Source: Candidatus Latescibacterota bacterium
GTDB lineage: Bacteria; Latescibacterota; UBA2968; UBA8231
Direction: 5' to 3'
NCBI GenBank assembly: GCA_965248265.1
Contig: CBDFJF010000001.1
Location: 3,008,001-3,072,000 of the forward strand
Length of the DNA stretch: 64,000 nt
The notes below the pieces were generated by a model that was not told where the DNA came from, searched no databases, and saw only the letters and a list, made by a program, of their open reading frames with translations. Each line of letters starts with the position of its first letter. Within the stretch, counting starts at the first letter, position 1. A program made the position numbers and the translations under genes. Shown here one piece after another: positions 9,887 through 20,973 of this stretch.

Positions 9887-10954
9887 CTACAGCGCTTCGT
9901 TGTCCCAGGCCTCGTGGTCGAGGTCCAGCTTTCGGGCGACTTCACATAATAGATCCCAGGTGGCGTCGTCCACGGGAACGCCTTCTGCACGACGCTTTTT
10001 CTCGGTGCGGAACTCAAGCTCTCCAGGAAGCAAAATCTCACCGATTTTCGGATCGACCCGGCTGGACGTGACGTGACTGATCAAGCTTTCGATCTCACGG
10101 TCGTAGGTTTCCTCATCCGTGAAGAACGAGGGATCGCATACCGTAAAGAAGACGCCGTTGCTCTTGAACACGCGTTCCCCAGAAGCACATCCCTCACCAC
10201 TGAGTAATCCACCCAAAAGTTCCACAAGTATTCCCAGGCCGTAGCCCTTGTAACCAACCGCTCCACCCAATGGCAGTATGGCACCGGGGGGATCGCCCAG
10301 TTGATCGGCCGGGTCCGTGGTCGGGTTGCCCTCCGAGTCAATGATCCAACCTTCGGGTACCTTGTCTCCGCGGTGGTGAGCCAGACGGATTTTTCCCTCA
10401 GCTACCACCGAGGTGGTTATGTCGAGGAGGATTGGTTCACCGTTGCGCCGTGGAGCCGCAAAAGCGATGGGGTTGGTGCTGAGTTTGCCGTCGATGCCCC
10501 CGAAGGGCGCAATCTGCCGTCCCAAATGGCCAGCGTTGACGAAGGCCATCCCGATCAATCCCTGTCGGGCGGCGCTCAGGGGGTAGGCACCTGCTCTGCC
10601 CACGTGTCCGACATTGCGCAATCCCACGGCGCCCATGCCATGTTCCCGCGCTTTTTCAATGGCCAGGGAGATCGCCAATTGGGCGCCAACTTGACCGAAC
10701 CCTCCGCCGCCGTCGACGAGGGCCGTGCAGGCTCGATCCACGATCACTTTGGGCTCGCATTTCGGGTCGAAATTCCCCTCCCAAGTCTGCTTCGCGTACT
10801 CGTAAAACCTGATTAGTCCATGGCCCTCCTGGCCGAAAAGACAGGACTCGACGAGGTGTTCGGAAACCGCTTTCGCGGTTGTTTCCGAGCACCCGAGTGT
10901 TGTGAAGATGGTGATACCGAACCGTTCGAGGCTATCAGGGTTGAACCTGCGCAT
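9887..10954 (-). CDS. Ldh_2 family (malate/L-lactate/ureidoglycolate-type) oxidoreductase
   Basis: GHGLIR, VDGGGGFGQ, HVGRAGAY, LSTNPIAFAAP, GYKGYGL, LLPGELE. Confidence 0.9.
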   Translation of the reverse strand: MRRFNPDSLERFGITIFTTLGCSETTAKAVSEHLVESCLFGQEGHGLIRFYEYAKQTWEGNFDPKCEPKVIVDRACTALVDGGGGFGQVGAQLAISLAIEKAREHGMGAVGLRNVGHVGRAGAYPLSAARQGLIGMAFVNAGHLGRQIAPFGGIDGKLSTNPIAFAAPRRNGEPILLDITTSVVAEGKIRLAHHRGDKVPEGWIIDSEGNPTTDPADQLGDPPGAILPLGGAVGYKGYGLGILVELLGGLLSGEGCASGERVFKSNGVFFTVCDPSFFTDEETYDREIESLISHVTSSRVDPKIGEILLPGELEFRTEKKRRAEGVPVDDATWDLLCEVARKLDLDHEAWDNEAL

Positions 10955-11243
10955 GTAGTGGACTCCTTATCAGTCTAATAATAAAGCGTGGAGACCGTCT
11001 GCATGCCGTCCTCACACGTGGGGAGACGAAAACCGTCTCAGAAGAAGCCAGTAGCGCCTCCGGAAAGACGGAAAGATATGAGCGCGTAGCGGTCTACCGC
11101 CAGCCAGGCAGGATCATCGCCGGTCAGGAGCATTCTTGCCCGTTGCTCTTGGCTTCATTATTGTAAAGGTAACTCCATGCTGTAGAAGTGAATATTTATT
11201 AGGGGTTAGGTGTCAATCTGACTCACCGCAGGAAAGGGTTGCT

Positions 11244-12191
11244 ATGGCTGACAGCTGGATGTGGTGGATAATGACCTGTGCCATCAGCCTGTACTTTGTC
11301 ATGCTGCTACTCGATTTCAACAAACCGTCGAAAAAATTGATGGAGCAGATCGACCACCAGGAGACCCGTCGCAGGGAAATGGAGATGCGCCTGGGCAAGA
11401 TCCAGGAGGATGTGGTCCAGATAAAGGGCCGTCAGGAAGATGTCGATTTGCAGATGGAGGAACTCGAGCAGGCGCGAGTCGAATTACTCCCCGAGGCCAA
11501 TAAAAGACGGATGATCCACATTCCAGGGGGACCATTCACGATGGGGGGCCGTGAGGAAGATTCACCCGACAACGAGCGTCCGGCACACCAAGTCCACATT
11601 TCCTCCTTCTACATGGACACCTACCCAGTGACGAACCAGGACTACCGCGAGTTCGTCAATTGCACCGGACAGACCACGCCCATACACTGGCAGAGAGGTA
11701 CCTATCCTACCGGTTTGGCGCGGCACCCCGTCGTCAATGTTTCCTACCACGATGCCAAAGCGTATGCGGACTGGATGGGCGCCCGGCTACCTACCGAAGC
11801 CGAATGGGAAAAGGCGGCGCGCGGCACCGATGAACGCCTGTATCCCTGGGGCAATCGATTCGTCGACGGTGAACGCTGCAACTCCAACAATATGATCGGA
11901 ACTACCCTTCCCGTTGATGAATTCCCTCTGGGTCGATCTCCCTTTGGGATCTGGGACATGTCTGGCAACACCTACGAGTGGTGTGGCGACTACTACGAGG
12001 GGAACTACTATCCGTTCAGCCCCGCCACCAATCCGAAGGGTCCCGAGGGAGGTCAGGAGCGGGTGATCCGAGGGGGGTTCTTCGCCGAGACCCGACCCAA
12101 CGTGCGCACGACTCACCGCAACAGCGCCCCCGAAACCCACACGCGGGAAAATGTCGGCTTTCGCCTCGCCATTTCGGACCAGGACGGCTGA
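11244..12191 (+). CDS. TM + coiled-coil + FGE-sulfatase (SUMF1/EgtB/PvdO-like) domain protein
   Basis: FTMG..NERPAHQV, PVTNQDY, HPVVNVSYHDAKAYADW, RLPTEAEWEKAARG, DMSGNTYEW, RVIRGG, GFR; lacks the catalytic FGE cysteines. Confidence 0.88.
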   Translation: MADSWMWWIMTCAISLYFVMLLLDFNKPSKKLMEQIDHQETRRREMEMRLGKIQEDVVQIKGRQEDVDLQMEELEQARVELLPEANKRRMIHIPGGPFTMGGREEDSPDNERPAHQVHISSFYMDTYPVTNQDYREFVNCTGQTTPIHWQRGTYPTGLARHPVVNVSYHDAKAYADWMGARLPTEAEWEKAARGTDERLYPWGNRFVDGERCNSNNMIGTTLPVDEFPLGRSPFGIWDMSGNTYEWCGDYYEGNYYPFSPATNPKGPEGGQERVIRGGFFAETRPNVRTTHRNSAPETHTRENVGFRLAISDQDG

Positions 12192-12194
12192 TCG

Positions 12195-12749
12195 ATGTTC
12201 GAAGACGTCTGGAAGAGCTATGACGAAAACGAGCTGACGCACAGTGCCGCACACCATCTAATGGCCGTGCACGAGTTGCGGACCGTTCACGGCTATGCCC
12301 GTGTGTCCGATATCGCCCAGCACCTGAAGATCACCAAGGGCAGCGTCTCCTCCGCCATGAAGCACCTGAAGGAACGGGGCTACGTGCGCGAAGATCACAA
12401 TCGTTTTCTCGAGTTGACCGATCACGGCATGAAGATCGTCTGGAACACGGAATCGACGCGCCTGGTCATGAAGAAATTCCTCAGTGAAGCGCTGGGAATG
12501 GACGAGGATGATGCCGAGATCGATGCCTGCAAGGTGGAACACCTGCTCAGTGCTGAAGCCCGCGAACGACTGGTAGGATTCCTGCGCTTCCTGTTGTCGC
12601 AGGACGGCAGGTCTCAGGGATTCCTCGATGCCTTCAGGGTGGCCTCCAAGGATCACACGTTGGAGTGCCGTGATGGCGACGTCGACGCCTGCCTTTTGTG
12701 CGACGATGTCTGTTTCGTCGCGCCCGTGCTCACGGCCATCGATCAGTGA
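12195..12749 (+). CDS. DtxR/MntR-family metal-dependent transcriptional regulator
   Basis: ARVSDIAQHLKITKGSVSSAMKHLKERGYV HTH; AEIDACKVEHLLS metal/dimerisation motif. Confidence 0.9.
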   Translation: MFEDVWKSYDENELTHSAAHHLMAVHELRTVHGYARVSDIAQHLKITKGSVSSAMKHLKERGYVREDHNRFLELTDHGMKIVWNTESTRLVMKKFLSEALGMDEDDAEIDACKVEHLLSAEARERLVGFLRFLLSQDGRSQGFLDAFRVASKDHTLECRDGDVDACLLCDDVCFVAPVLTAIDQ

Positions 12750-12786
12750 TAAGGATAGATGCCCGGGTTGTCTGGGCCATGATCCA

Positions 12787-13755
12787 TTGAGCGGATTTTT
12801 TTCCTTCCTACAGCGCCAACTTCTACCGATCGGCCTTCTCACCGTGGCCGTAATCGGCCTTGTGTTCCCGGAACCAGGACGCCTGCTCAACTCATCGCCG
12901 ATACCCAAGTACGCCGCGGTCAGCATCATCTTTATCTGCTCCGGGCTGCTCCTGCGTACGGACGAGATCTACGCCGCCTTGTCGGCCTGGCGGGCGAGCC
13001 TCTTCGGTACCATTTCGATTCTACTGCTGACACCGCTCATCGGGGTTGTTCTGGCGTTGCGCGTGCCAATCGATCCCAACCTGCAACTGGGACTCGCCTT
13101 GTTCTGTTGCATGCCGACGACGCTGTCGTCGGGGATTGCACTGACGACCCAGGCTCGAGGCAACGTCGCCCTGGCACTGTTGCTGACGGTGCTGACCAAC
13201 ACGGTTGGCATTTTTACCGTCCCCTTTGTTCTGGCGTGGCTGCTGCGAGAGGTTGGTGCCGTCGAGTTGTCGGCGCCCGAACTGCTGGTGAAGCTGTGTT
13301 TCACGATGCTGTTGCCGCTATCCATCGGACGCTACCTGAGCCGCTTTATCAAGAGCTGGTTGGATGCCAACCGCAAGCATGTGACGATGATTTCTAACCT
13401 GGCGCTGATTTCGATTCCGTGGATGAAGTTCAGCCAATCGTCGAATGAGCTGTCACAGATCGCCCTGCCGAGCCTCGGGATCCTGATCGCGGCCGGGTTA
13501 CTCATCCACATTCTTTTTCTGCTGCTGAATGACGGAGTCAGCCGCCTGCTCCGGTTGCAGCAGGAGGCGCGCAAGGCTGTGGTCCTGCTGGCAAGCCAGA
13601 AGACCCTCCCCGTGGCCGTAACCGTGCTGGAACTCATTCCGGAACAGGTACTCAGCGCGCAGGTCAAGGGCCTCGTCATCATTCCCTGCATCACCTTCCA
13701 TTTCGGTCAGATTTTCCTCGACGCTCTGCTCGCGACGCGTTGGAGTCACCGGTAG
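12787..13755 (+). CDS. Bile acid:sodium symporter family transporter (SBF-like)
   Basis: IFICSGLLLRT, LFCCMPTTLSSG, RGNVALAL, SQKTLPVA; multi-TM; TTG start inferred. Confidence 0.85.
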   Translation: MSGFFSFLQRQLLPIGLLTVAVIGLVFPEPGRLLNSSPIPKYAAVSIIFICSGLLLRTDEIYAALSAWRASLFGTISILLLTPLIGVVLALRVPIDPNLQLGLALFCCMPTTLSSGIALTTQARGNVALALLLTVLTNTVGIFTVPFVLAWLLREVGAVELSAPELLVKLCFTMLLPLSIGRYLSRFIKSWLDANRKHVTMISNLALISIPWMKFSQSSNELSQIALPSLGILIAAGLLIHILFLLLNDGVSRLLRLQQEARKAVVLLASQKTLPVAVTVLELIPEQVLSAQVKGLVIIPCITFHFGQIFLDALLATRWSHR

Positions 13756-13771
13756 ACGGCGTGAGTAGCTG

Positions 13772-14572
13772 ATGCCGTCCTCCTCCCACCACCGCCAGGT
13801 CGTATACGAAGGGCGCGACGAAGACGGAGTGATCGAAGTCATTGACGAAGCCTGCACCATGCGTTCGCTGCAGTTCGGTACGGAAGCGCGGCAATCGACC
13901 ATGCTCCTGAAGGACCCGGACGCACTCGCCCTCGTTTACACACACTGCCTGATGACCTGTCTGCTGTTTGCACCCCCCGATCCCGAAGCGGCACTGGTCC
14001 TGGGATTGGGCGGTGGTTCGGTGCCCAAGTTTCTGCTGCGCCAGTTTTCGAAATGCCGGGTGGATGCCGTGGAGAAGCGGCCCCGAATCATCGATGTGGC
14101 ACGGGACTATTTTTCCCTGCCGGACGATGCCCGCCTGCACGTTCACTTGGAGGACGGCCTCGCATTCCTGAACCAAAGCAAACCGGAACTGTATGACTTC
14201 ATTTTTGTCGATCTTCACGACAGTGCGGGGATGGCTCCGGTCGTTCGCCGCGCGGAATTTTTCCCCGCCTGCATCCGGGGGTTGAGGCCGCAGGGGGTCG
14301 TGGCTATCAACATGTGGTACGGCTATCGCGAGCGAGAGGAACGCGAGGTGCGTAGATTGCTGGAACTGACCTTCGACGACAGGCTTCTCTTCCTCCCCGT
14401 GGCCGGTAAACGCAACTGTGTCGTCCTGGCCTTTTGTTCGTCCCCCACGATCGAAGCAGGTCAAGTGAGCAAGCGGGCACGTGAATGGCAGCGCTTGACT
14501 GGGATCGATTTTCCGGATTTGGCACAGCAATTGGTGCGCGCAAATGAGCACAGCAAGCTGGTGTCGCTATGA
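13772..14572 (+). CDS. Spermidine-synthase-like SAM-dependent methyltransferase
   Basis: RSLQFG..RQS, LVYTHCLM, LVLGLGGGS, DAVE, YDFIFVD. Confidence 0.85.
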   Translation: MPSSSHHRQVVYEGRDEDGVIEVIDEACTMRSLQFGTEARQSTMLLKDPDALALVYTHCLMTCLLFAPPDPEAALVLGLGGGSVPKFLLRQFSKCRVDAVEKRPRIIDVARDYFSLPDDARLHVHLEDGLAFLNQSKPELYDFIFVDLHDSAGMAPVVRRAEFFPACIRGLRPQGVVAINMWYGYREREEREVRRLLELTFDDRLLFLPVAGKRNCVVLAFCSSPTIEAGQVSKRAREWQRLTGIDFPDLAQQLVRANEHSKLVSL

Positions 14573-15861
14573 GCTCACGCAGCGAACGTATCGTCGATAT
14601 GGCACTCGTCATGGTCGTGCTAATGTGCGCGAACCTCCACGCCCAACCGCGCCACGTCTACCTGACCTGGCAATCGGATCCCTCCACGACCATGACGGTC
14701 AATATCCAGACCGAAGACGTCTCCGATTTGCGGGTACTCTACGACACCCGGTCCGGCTCACCTGTCCCGTATCGGTACTCGGCAAACGGCAGCGCTGTCA
14801 GGCTCGAGCGCTTGCCGGCGCCGCGGGTCGTACACACGATCGAGCTGAGTGAACTCGAGCCGGCCACTACCTACTACTTCGTAGCTGGGGACTCGAGTGG
14901 CTATACCGCGGAGCGCACATTCGTCACCGCCCCTACTGACAACACACCCATCCGTTTTGTGGTTGGTGGAGACATGGGTGTGAGCGAGCGGGTATCCAGG
15001 CTCGAGGTGGAAGCGGCAAGAACAGAGCCATTGTTCTGCGTGCTGGGAGGCGACCTGGCTTACGTCGACGGCGATCCGCAGCGGTGGGAGACGTGGGATC
15101 GATGGTTGGACAGCTGGCAACACCACATGGTGACGCCCCTGGGCAGGACAATTCCGATCGTCGCCGCCATCGGCAACCATGAAGTCAGGGGCGGGTACAA
15201 CGGCACGGAACAAGACGCACTGTTCTACTCGCGCTACTTCGCCCAGCAACAGGGCCGAAGTTTTTTTTCCCGCACATTCGGTGAGAATATTGCGCTGATC
15301 GTCCTCGACAGCGGTCACCTCAGCGAGCACGGAGGAGACCAGGCGGACTGGCTGCGGTCACAGTTAGCTCTGCATCAAGACCGGCCGCACGTGTTTGCCG
15401 CCTACCACGTGCCCATGTTCCCGGCGTTTCGGTCCTATAATGGTAAGTACTCCAAACAAGGCCGTGAGAACTGGCTCAGCCTCTTCGATCGTTACCATCT
15501 GACGGTGGGTTTCGAACACCACGACCACGCGCTCAAGCGCACGAAACCGATCGCCGCTGGCAGGGTAGAAGAAACAGGCACAGTCTACGTGGGCGACGGT
15601 TGCTTCGGCCGCCGACCGCGTTGGGTGCGCACCCCACGCCGCGTCGGCCCGTCCCGTCGCTGGTACCTGGAGCGGCTGGAGCGGTCGGCGCATTTCTGGC
15701 AAGTCGACGTCGAGGCTAAACGAGTCGTGCTCACGGCGATCGATGAGGACGGCAAGGTGGTCGATCGCTTTGAGCGGCCGGCCAGGCGGATCGACGCCAG
15801 CCGGGCCGCAACGGAGGCTGCCGCCGCGTTCACCACCCTCGCAACACCACCGGATCAGTAA
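14569..15861 (+). CDS. Secreted purple-acid-phosphatase-like metallophosphoesterase (FN3 + metallophos)
   Basis: Signal peptide; GGDMG, GGDLAY, GNHE, YHVP, EHHDH. Confidence 0.88.
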   Translation: MSSRSERIVDMALVMVVLMCANLHAQPRHVYLTWQSDPSTTMTVNIQTEDVSDLRVLYDTRSGSPVPYRYSANGSAVRLERLPAPRVVHTIELSELEPATTYYFVAGDSSGYTAERTFVTAPTDNTPIRFVVGGDMGVSERVSRLEVEAARTEPLFCVLGGDLAYVDGDPQRWETWDRWLDSWQHHMVTPLGRTIPIVAAIGNHEVRGGYNGTEQDALFYSRYFAQQQGRSFFSRTFGENIALIVLDSGHLSEHGGDQADWLRSQLALHQDRPHVFAAYHVPMFPAFRSYNGKYSKQGRENWLSLFDRYHLTVGFEHHDHALKRTKPIAAGRVEETGTVYVGDGCFGRRPRWVRTPRRVGPSRRWYLERLERSAHFWQVDVEAKRVVLTAIDEDGKVVDRFERPARRIDASRAATEAAAAFTTLATPPDQ

Positions 15862-17335
15862 GTTCGAGTTCCTCATCGGCGGGAAAGTACGCCCCCTCCA
15901 CACGCTCGAAGGGGCAGTGTCGCAGCGTAGGCGGCGTCGGGCCCGGGGTATCCAGGACGTAGATGGCCGCGGCTATGTCACCGTAGGCGATGTGGTAGTT
16001 CATCGGATTCTTGACGACGACGAATTTGGCGGCGGCGGGATCCAGGTCGAGTGCCCTGAACTGCTCATCCGCCCAGTCATAGGTGGCATGAGTGGTGATG
16101 AGAATCTGGATGTTTCCGACCTCCACCACGGCGCAGGGTCCCATGTCTCCTTCGACGCCGTCCCAAATGCCGCCGGAGTAGCGAAAGCGTCCTTCAGCCA
16201 CCGTGCGAACAAACCCCGTTACTCGAAGCGGATCACCCCATTTGGGATCGAGCTGGTGTCCCAGCGTCAGCGTCACCGTTGTGGCTTCCCCGACGGCGCG
16301 ACAATCAATGACCGCCTGCGGGTCCACGACCGGTACCAGGGTCCGGGGGGAGGCAGGATCGGACAGTTCGAGCAGGGCCTTCAGTGTTGCCACGCTGTCA
16401 CCTGACGCACCACCACCGACGCAATCAGCGGTCTCGACCAGCAACACCGGGCCACCCTCGAGCTCTAGGCCTTTGCTGATGGCATCGGTTGGCGTGAACA
16501 CGACCGGCTCCAGTTCGCGCCGAGATTCCCAGTAGCGCCTGGCGAGATCGTCGGCCAACGCCAGCGCTGCCTCACTGTCGCCGTCGGCGACGACGAGACC
16601 GCCGGATCCCAGGCCCGGTTGATCCAGGTAGGGGTGCACCAGCAGGACACTCGTCGACAGTATGCCATTGCTGCCTTCACGAGACTTCGCATAACGCATC
16701 AGGCGCGCAAACGCTCCATCCCCGTCGGTGCTTCCATGCACTCCGGAAGTGATCACCGGCACCTTGACCATCGCCATGACAGGACGGCAGCGACCGGCCA
16801 CGGTATCAAGGAGCATTTGTGCGCCCCGCTCACCGGTGGAGTAGGCGTCGCGGTGAGGGTAGGTCTCCCACGCTAACATGGCGGAGGCGCCGCTGACCAT
16901 CGCCTGGGTGACATGGGCGTGAAGATCCAGGGTGACGACGACGGGGATATCAGGGCCGACCAGGGTTCGCACTGCGCTGATCAGGTCGCCCTCGACATCG
17001 TCTACCTCCTCAGCGGCGGCCGCCCCGTGCAGGAGCAACAGCACGCCATCCACCGGCAAGGCCCCGGCCAGACGTTGCAGGAGGTTCCCGCGCAGTTCGT
17101 CGTAGCACGATTGGGTGATGTATCCTCCCGGACATGTGCTCGCTGAAAGTAGCGGTACGATTTCAACCGCAGCCGGACGCAGGGTGTTGAGCGCTCCTCC
17201 CACGACGCCACCGTCGATTTCGAGCAGCTGTTCTCCGATATGCAGGTCGTAGCGCTTGAACCAGTCCATGTCAATTGGTGAGCCACCCAGTTGATTGCAC
17301 TCAGTCAGGATGGAAGCGACGGCAATTCGAGACAT
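15830..17335 (-). CDS. M81 family metallopeptidase (MlrC-like)
   Basis: LLLHGA, DVEGDL, TLDLHAHV, YPHRD, ADCVGGG, VVKN. Confidence 0.9.
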   Translation of the reverse strand: MSRIAVASILTECNQLGGSPIDMDWFKRYDLHIGEQLLEIDGGVVGGALNTLRPAAVEIVPLLSASTCPGGYITQSCYDELRGNLLQRLAGALPVDGVLLLLHGAAAAEEVDDVEGDLISAVRTLVGPDIPVVVTLDLHAHVTQAMVSGASAMLAWETYPHRDAYSTGERGAQMLLDTVAGRCRPVMAMVKVPVITSGVHGSTDGDGAFARLMRYAKSREGSNGILSTSVLLVHPYLDQPGLGSGGLVVADGDSEAALALADDLARRYWESRRELEPVVFTPTDAISKGLELEGGPVLLVETADCVGGGASGDSVATLKALLELSDPASPRTLVPVVDPQAVIDCRAVGEATTVTLTLGHQLDPKWGDPLRVTGFVRTVAEGRFRYSGGIWDGVEGDMGPCAVVEVGNIQILITTHATYDWADEQFRALDLDPAAAKFVVVKNPMNYHIAYGDIAAAIYVLDTPGPTPPTLRHCPFERVEGAYFPADEELELTDPVVLRGW

Positions 17336-17397
17336 CCGGTTGGTTACTCCTATGGGTAGGTCAGTGAAACGCTCTGATCAACTTCAGGCGAATGTAG

Positions 17398-18372
<975 letters not shown>

Positions 18373-18447
18373 CTCGCCCCCGCTCCATGACGGAGTCGGA
18401 TCGACGATGAGGAGATAGCTCGACTCAATACCACAGAATGATCGGGC

Positions 18448-20118
18448 TCAGTGGTTGCAGAACTCCTTGTAGAAGCGCTTCTCTCCCTCGACGGTGCCGA
18501 TGAGGATGATCTCGGAATTGGCGGGCATCGGGGTGTGGGGATCCGGGTTGAGGTCGCTCTGGCCATTACTTTTCAGGGCGACGACGGTACAGCCGGTCGA
18601 ACGCCGAATGTCACTGTCGGCGATGCTCTTGCCTATCAGCGATTTCGGCGTCGGCGTTCGGAAGACGTCGAGGCCTTCGTCCACCATGAGTGCACTGCCC
18701 CGCTGAAGCAGGTTGACGATGGCGTTGGCCCCCATCGAGGCGTAGGACATGACGAAGTCGGCCCCGGCGCGGTGCAGGGGGTCGATGTTTCTCTCGGCAT
18801 TGGCTCGTGCGATGACCTGGATGTCAGCACGCAGGCGGCGGCAGTATATGGCCAGATAGAGGTTGGTCTCGTCGTCACTGGTCGTGATCACGACGGCCGG
18901 TGATTCCTCAATGCCAGCCTCCTGCAACACCTCTAGACTCGCGGCGGATCCGACGACATAGTGCTCAGGGGCACGGACGCGTTCCGGTAGCTCTTCGATG
19001 ATGCGGTAATCCAGGCCGCGGATGTCGAGCGCTCGCCCGACTGCTCGACCAACGCGGCCGCCGCCGATGATGATGACGGGCATTTTCGATTGTTCGTCAG
19101 CTGTCGATGCTTCGTTGAAGCGATCGATCTGTGCACGCGCACCGGCGATAACGAGAACAGTGTGGGCTCCCAGTTTTGTGCCTGGACGGGCCGTCTCGAA
19201 ACGGCCGCAATCCCAAACCCCGATGACGGAGATCCCGAGTTTTCTCCGCAAGCCAATATCATCGAGCGAGCTGCCGATCCAGTCGGTACTCAGTGTCGCC
19301 TCTGCGATGACGAGATCGTCGAAGCAGCCGATCTCCCGAGCCGCCGCATCACTGCCGCTCACCCGCCGGGCCAGCGATTGCCCGAGCATCTCAGCCAACT
19401 CTATGACCTGAGTGCACCCCGCCAGCTCCAATATGTCGACGGAAGCCGGGTCGCGGGCAGTGGCCAGGATCGGTACGTCCGGATCGATCTCCCTGATAGT
19501 GTGAGCGACACTCGTATTCGAGGCATCGCCTCCGGTCGCTGTCACGAAGGCCGCGTCGGCCACGCGCGCCTCGCGGTAGAACTCCGGATCATCCAACTGG
19601 CCGACAAGAGCACGATGCCCCTGGTCCTGGAGGGCCAAGGCTTCCTCTGCGTCAGCGACCAGGATGAGGTGAGGGGTGTTGTACTGGGCGAGACGGGAGA
19701 TCAGGGAGTGGGTGATGTCATCGACGTGTGTGAGCAGAACATGACCACTCAGATGCTCTGAAAGTCGCCGCGGCACCTGGGCCGCGGTCTGTGCCTCCAC
19801 CCATGGAGCCCAGAAAAACTGAATGAAGCTGAAAGGCAGCAGGACCATCATGAAGATGCCGCCCGATACCAGTACCCACATGGTAAAGGCACGCCCCAGG
19901 TCGCTGGTGAAGGTGATATCACCAAACCCGAGAGTGGACATCACCGTCAAGGTCCAGTAGACCCCCGTGAACCAGCTGAACTCGCGGCCCTCACGGGCCA
20001 TGAACACATGAAAGAGAACACTGTAAAGGGAGATCAGCAGCAATAGAGCGACAAAGAACCGGGCAAGTAATCGCAGGTTCTGCTTGGTCATGCGCTGAGC
20101 ATTCAAGGATTGCAGCAT
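18448..20118 (-). CDS. Potassium channel protein with tandem TrkA-N/TrkA-C (RCK) domains
   Basis: TVMSTLGFGDI pore motif; IIIGGGRVG; two RCK modules. Confidence 0.9.
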   Translation of the reverse strand: MLQSLNAQRMTKQNLRLLARFFVALLLLISLYSVLFHVFMAREGREFSWFTGVYWTLTVMSTLGFGDITFTSDLGRAFTMWVLVSGGIFMMVLLPFSFIQFFWAPWVEAQTAAQVPRRLSEHLSGHVLLTHVDDITHSLISRLAQYNTPHLILVADAEEALALQDQGHRALVGQLDDPEFYREARVADAAFVTATGGDASNTSVAHTIREIDPDVPILATARDPASVDILELAGCTQVIELAEMLGQSLARRVSGSDAAAREIGCFDDLVIAEATLSTDWIGSSLDDIGLRRKLGISVIGVWDCGRFETARPGTKLGAHTVLVIAGARAQIDRFNEASTADEQSKMPVIIIGGGRVGRAVGRALDIRGLDYRIIEELPERVRAPEHYVVGSAASLEVLQEAGIEESPAVVITTSDDETNLYLAIYCRRLRADIQVIARANAERNIDPLHRAGADFVMSYASMGANAIVNLLQRGSALMVDEGLDVFRTPTPKSLIGKSIADSDIRRSTGCTVVALKSNGQSDLNPDPHTPMPANSEIILIGTVEGEKRFYKEFCNH

Positions 20119-20136
20119 GATCAGGATACCTTCACG

Positions 20137-20973
20137 TCAACCCGCCACCAGGTCGTTTTTTCGCAAGAACTGCGCCATGTCCCGCCAAAATCGGTCCCAA
20201 TCCGCGGGGCAATCACCGTGGCCACACGGATAGCGGAGCATCTGACCGCGATCGGCAGCCTCGAACAGGGTTTCGGCCTGCGCTATGGGAATCAAACCGT
20301 CGTCGATGCCGTGGACGACGAGCACGGGGCCGGCGAAGTGCTCGACCACAGCCAAATTGTCGAAGGGATCCCGCACCAGGAACTGGGGAACCAGGTACCG
20401 ATAGGCCATGTCCCGAATGCTCGTAAACGTAGACAGTAATACCAGTGCCGCCACCGGTCGTTGGGCGGCAAGCGCGCATACGGCGCCACCACCGAGCGAG
20501 CGGCCGAACAGGACCACCCGGTGTGCATCGATTCCCTCCATGGCGACGAGCGCATCATAGGCAGTGGTGAGCGCTTCGGTGATCGAGTGCTGCGATGGTG
20601 AGCCCTCAGATCGACCGTAGCCCGGGTACTCGACGACGAGGACCGCCATGCCAAGATCGCCAAAGCCGTCGAATTCGCGGGCAAAGGTGTCGATGACCTC
20701 GGCATTTCCGTGGGCGAGGATGACGGCAGGAGATCCGGCATCAGAGGCACTGGACTGTGAAACGTGTGTGGCAGGTGGGTAGTACCAGCACTCCACTTTG
20801 CCAGAACTGGTTCTCAGCCAGATGACTTCGTGGCCGTCATCGCGGGTCTCACTGGGTTCGGTCGGCGGCCGGGGGAACAGCATCGAACGCTGGGCGAAGT
20901 ACAGTACGCCTACGTAGGCCGAGTACAAGGCAACGGCCCCGACGATGAGGCCAACTACCGTAGACAGTTTCAT
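20137..20973 (-). CDS. Membrane-anchored alpha/beta hydrolase
   Basis: HGNAE, EYPGYGRSEG.PS, GRSLGG, HGIDDGLIP. Confidence 0.88.
   Translation of the reverse strand: MKLSTVVGLIVGAVALYSAYVGVLYFAQRSMLFPRPPTEPSETRDDGHEVIWLRTSSGKVECWYYPPATHVSQSSASDAGSPAVILAHGNAEVIDTFAREFDGFGDLGMAVLVVEYPGYGRSEGSPSQHSITEALTTAYDALVAMEGIDAHRVVLFGRSLGGGAVCALAAQRPVAALVLLSTFTSIRDMAYRYLVPQFLVRDPFDNLAVVEHFAGPVLVVHGIDDGLIPIAQAETLFEAADRGQMLRYPCGHGDCPADWDRFWRDMAQFLRKNDLVAG

Noticed and set aside
11196-11225. DtxR box (TTAGG...TCTGA)
   Set aside because: It matches the 19-bp DtxR palindrome poorly.
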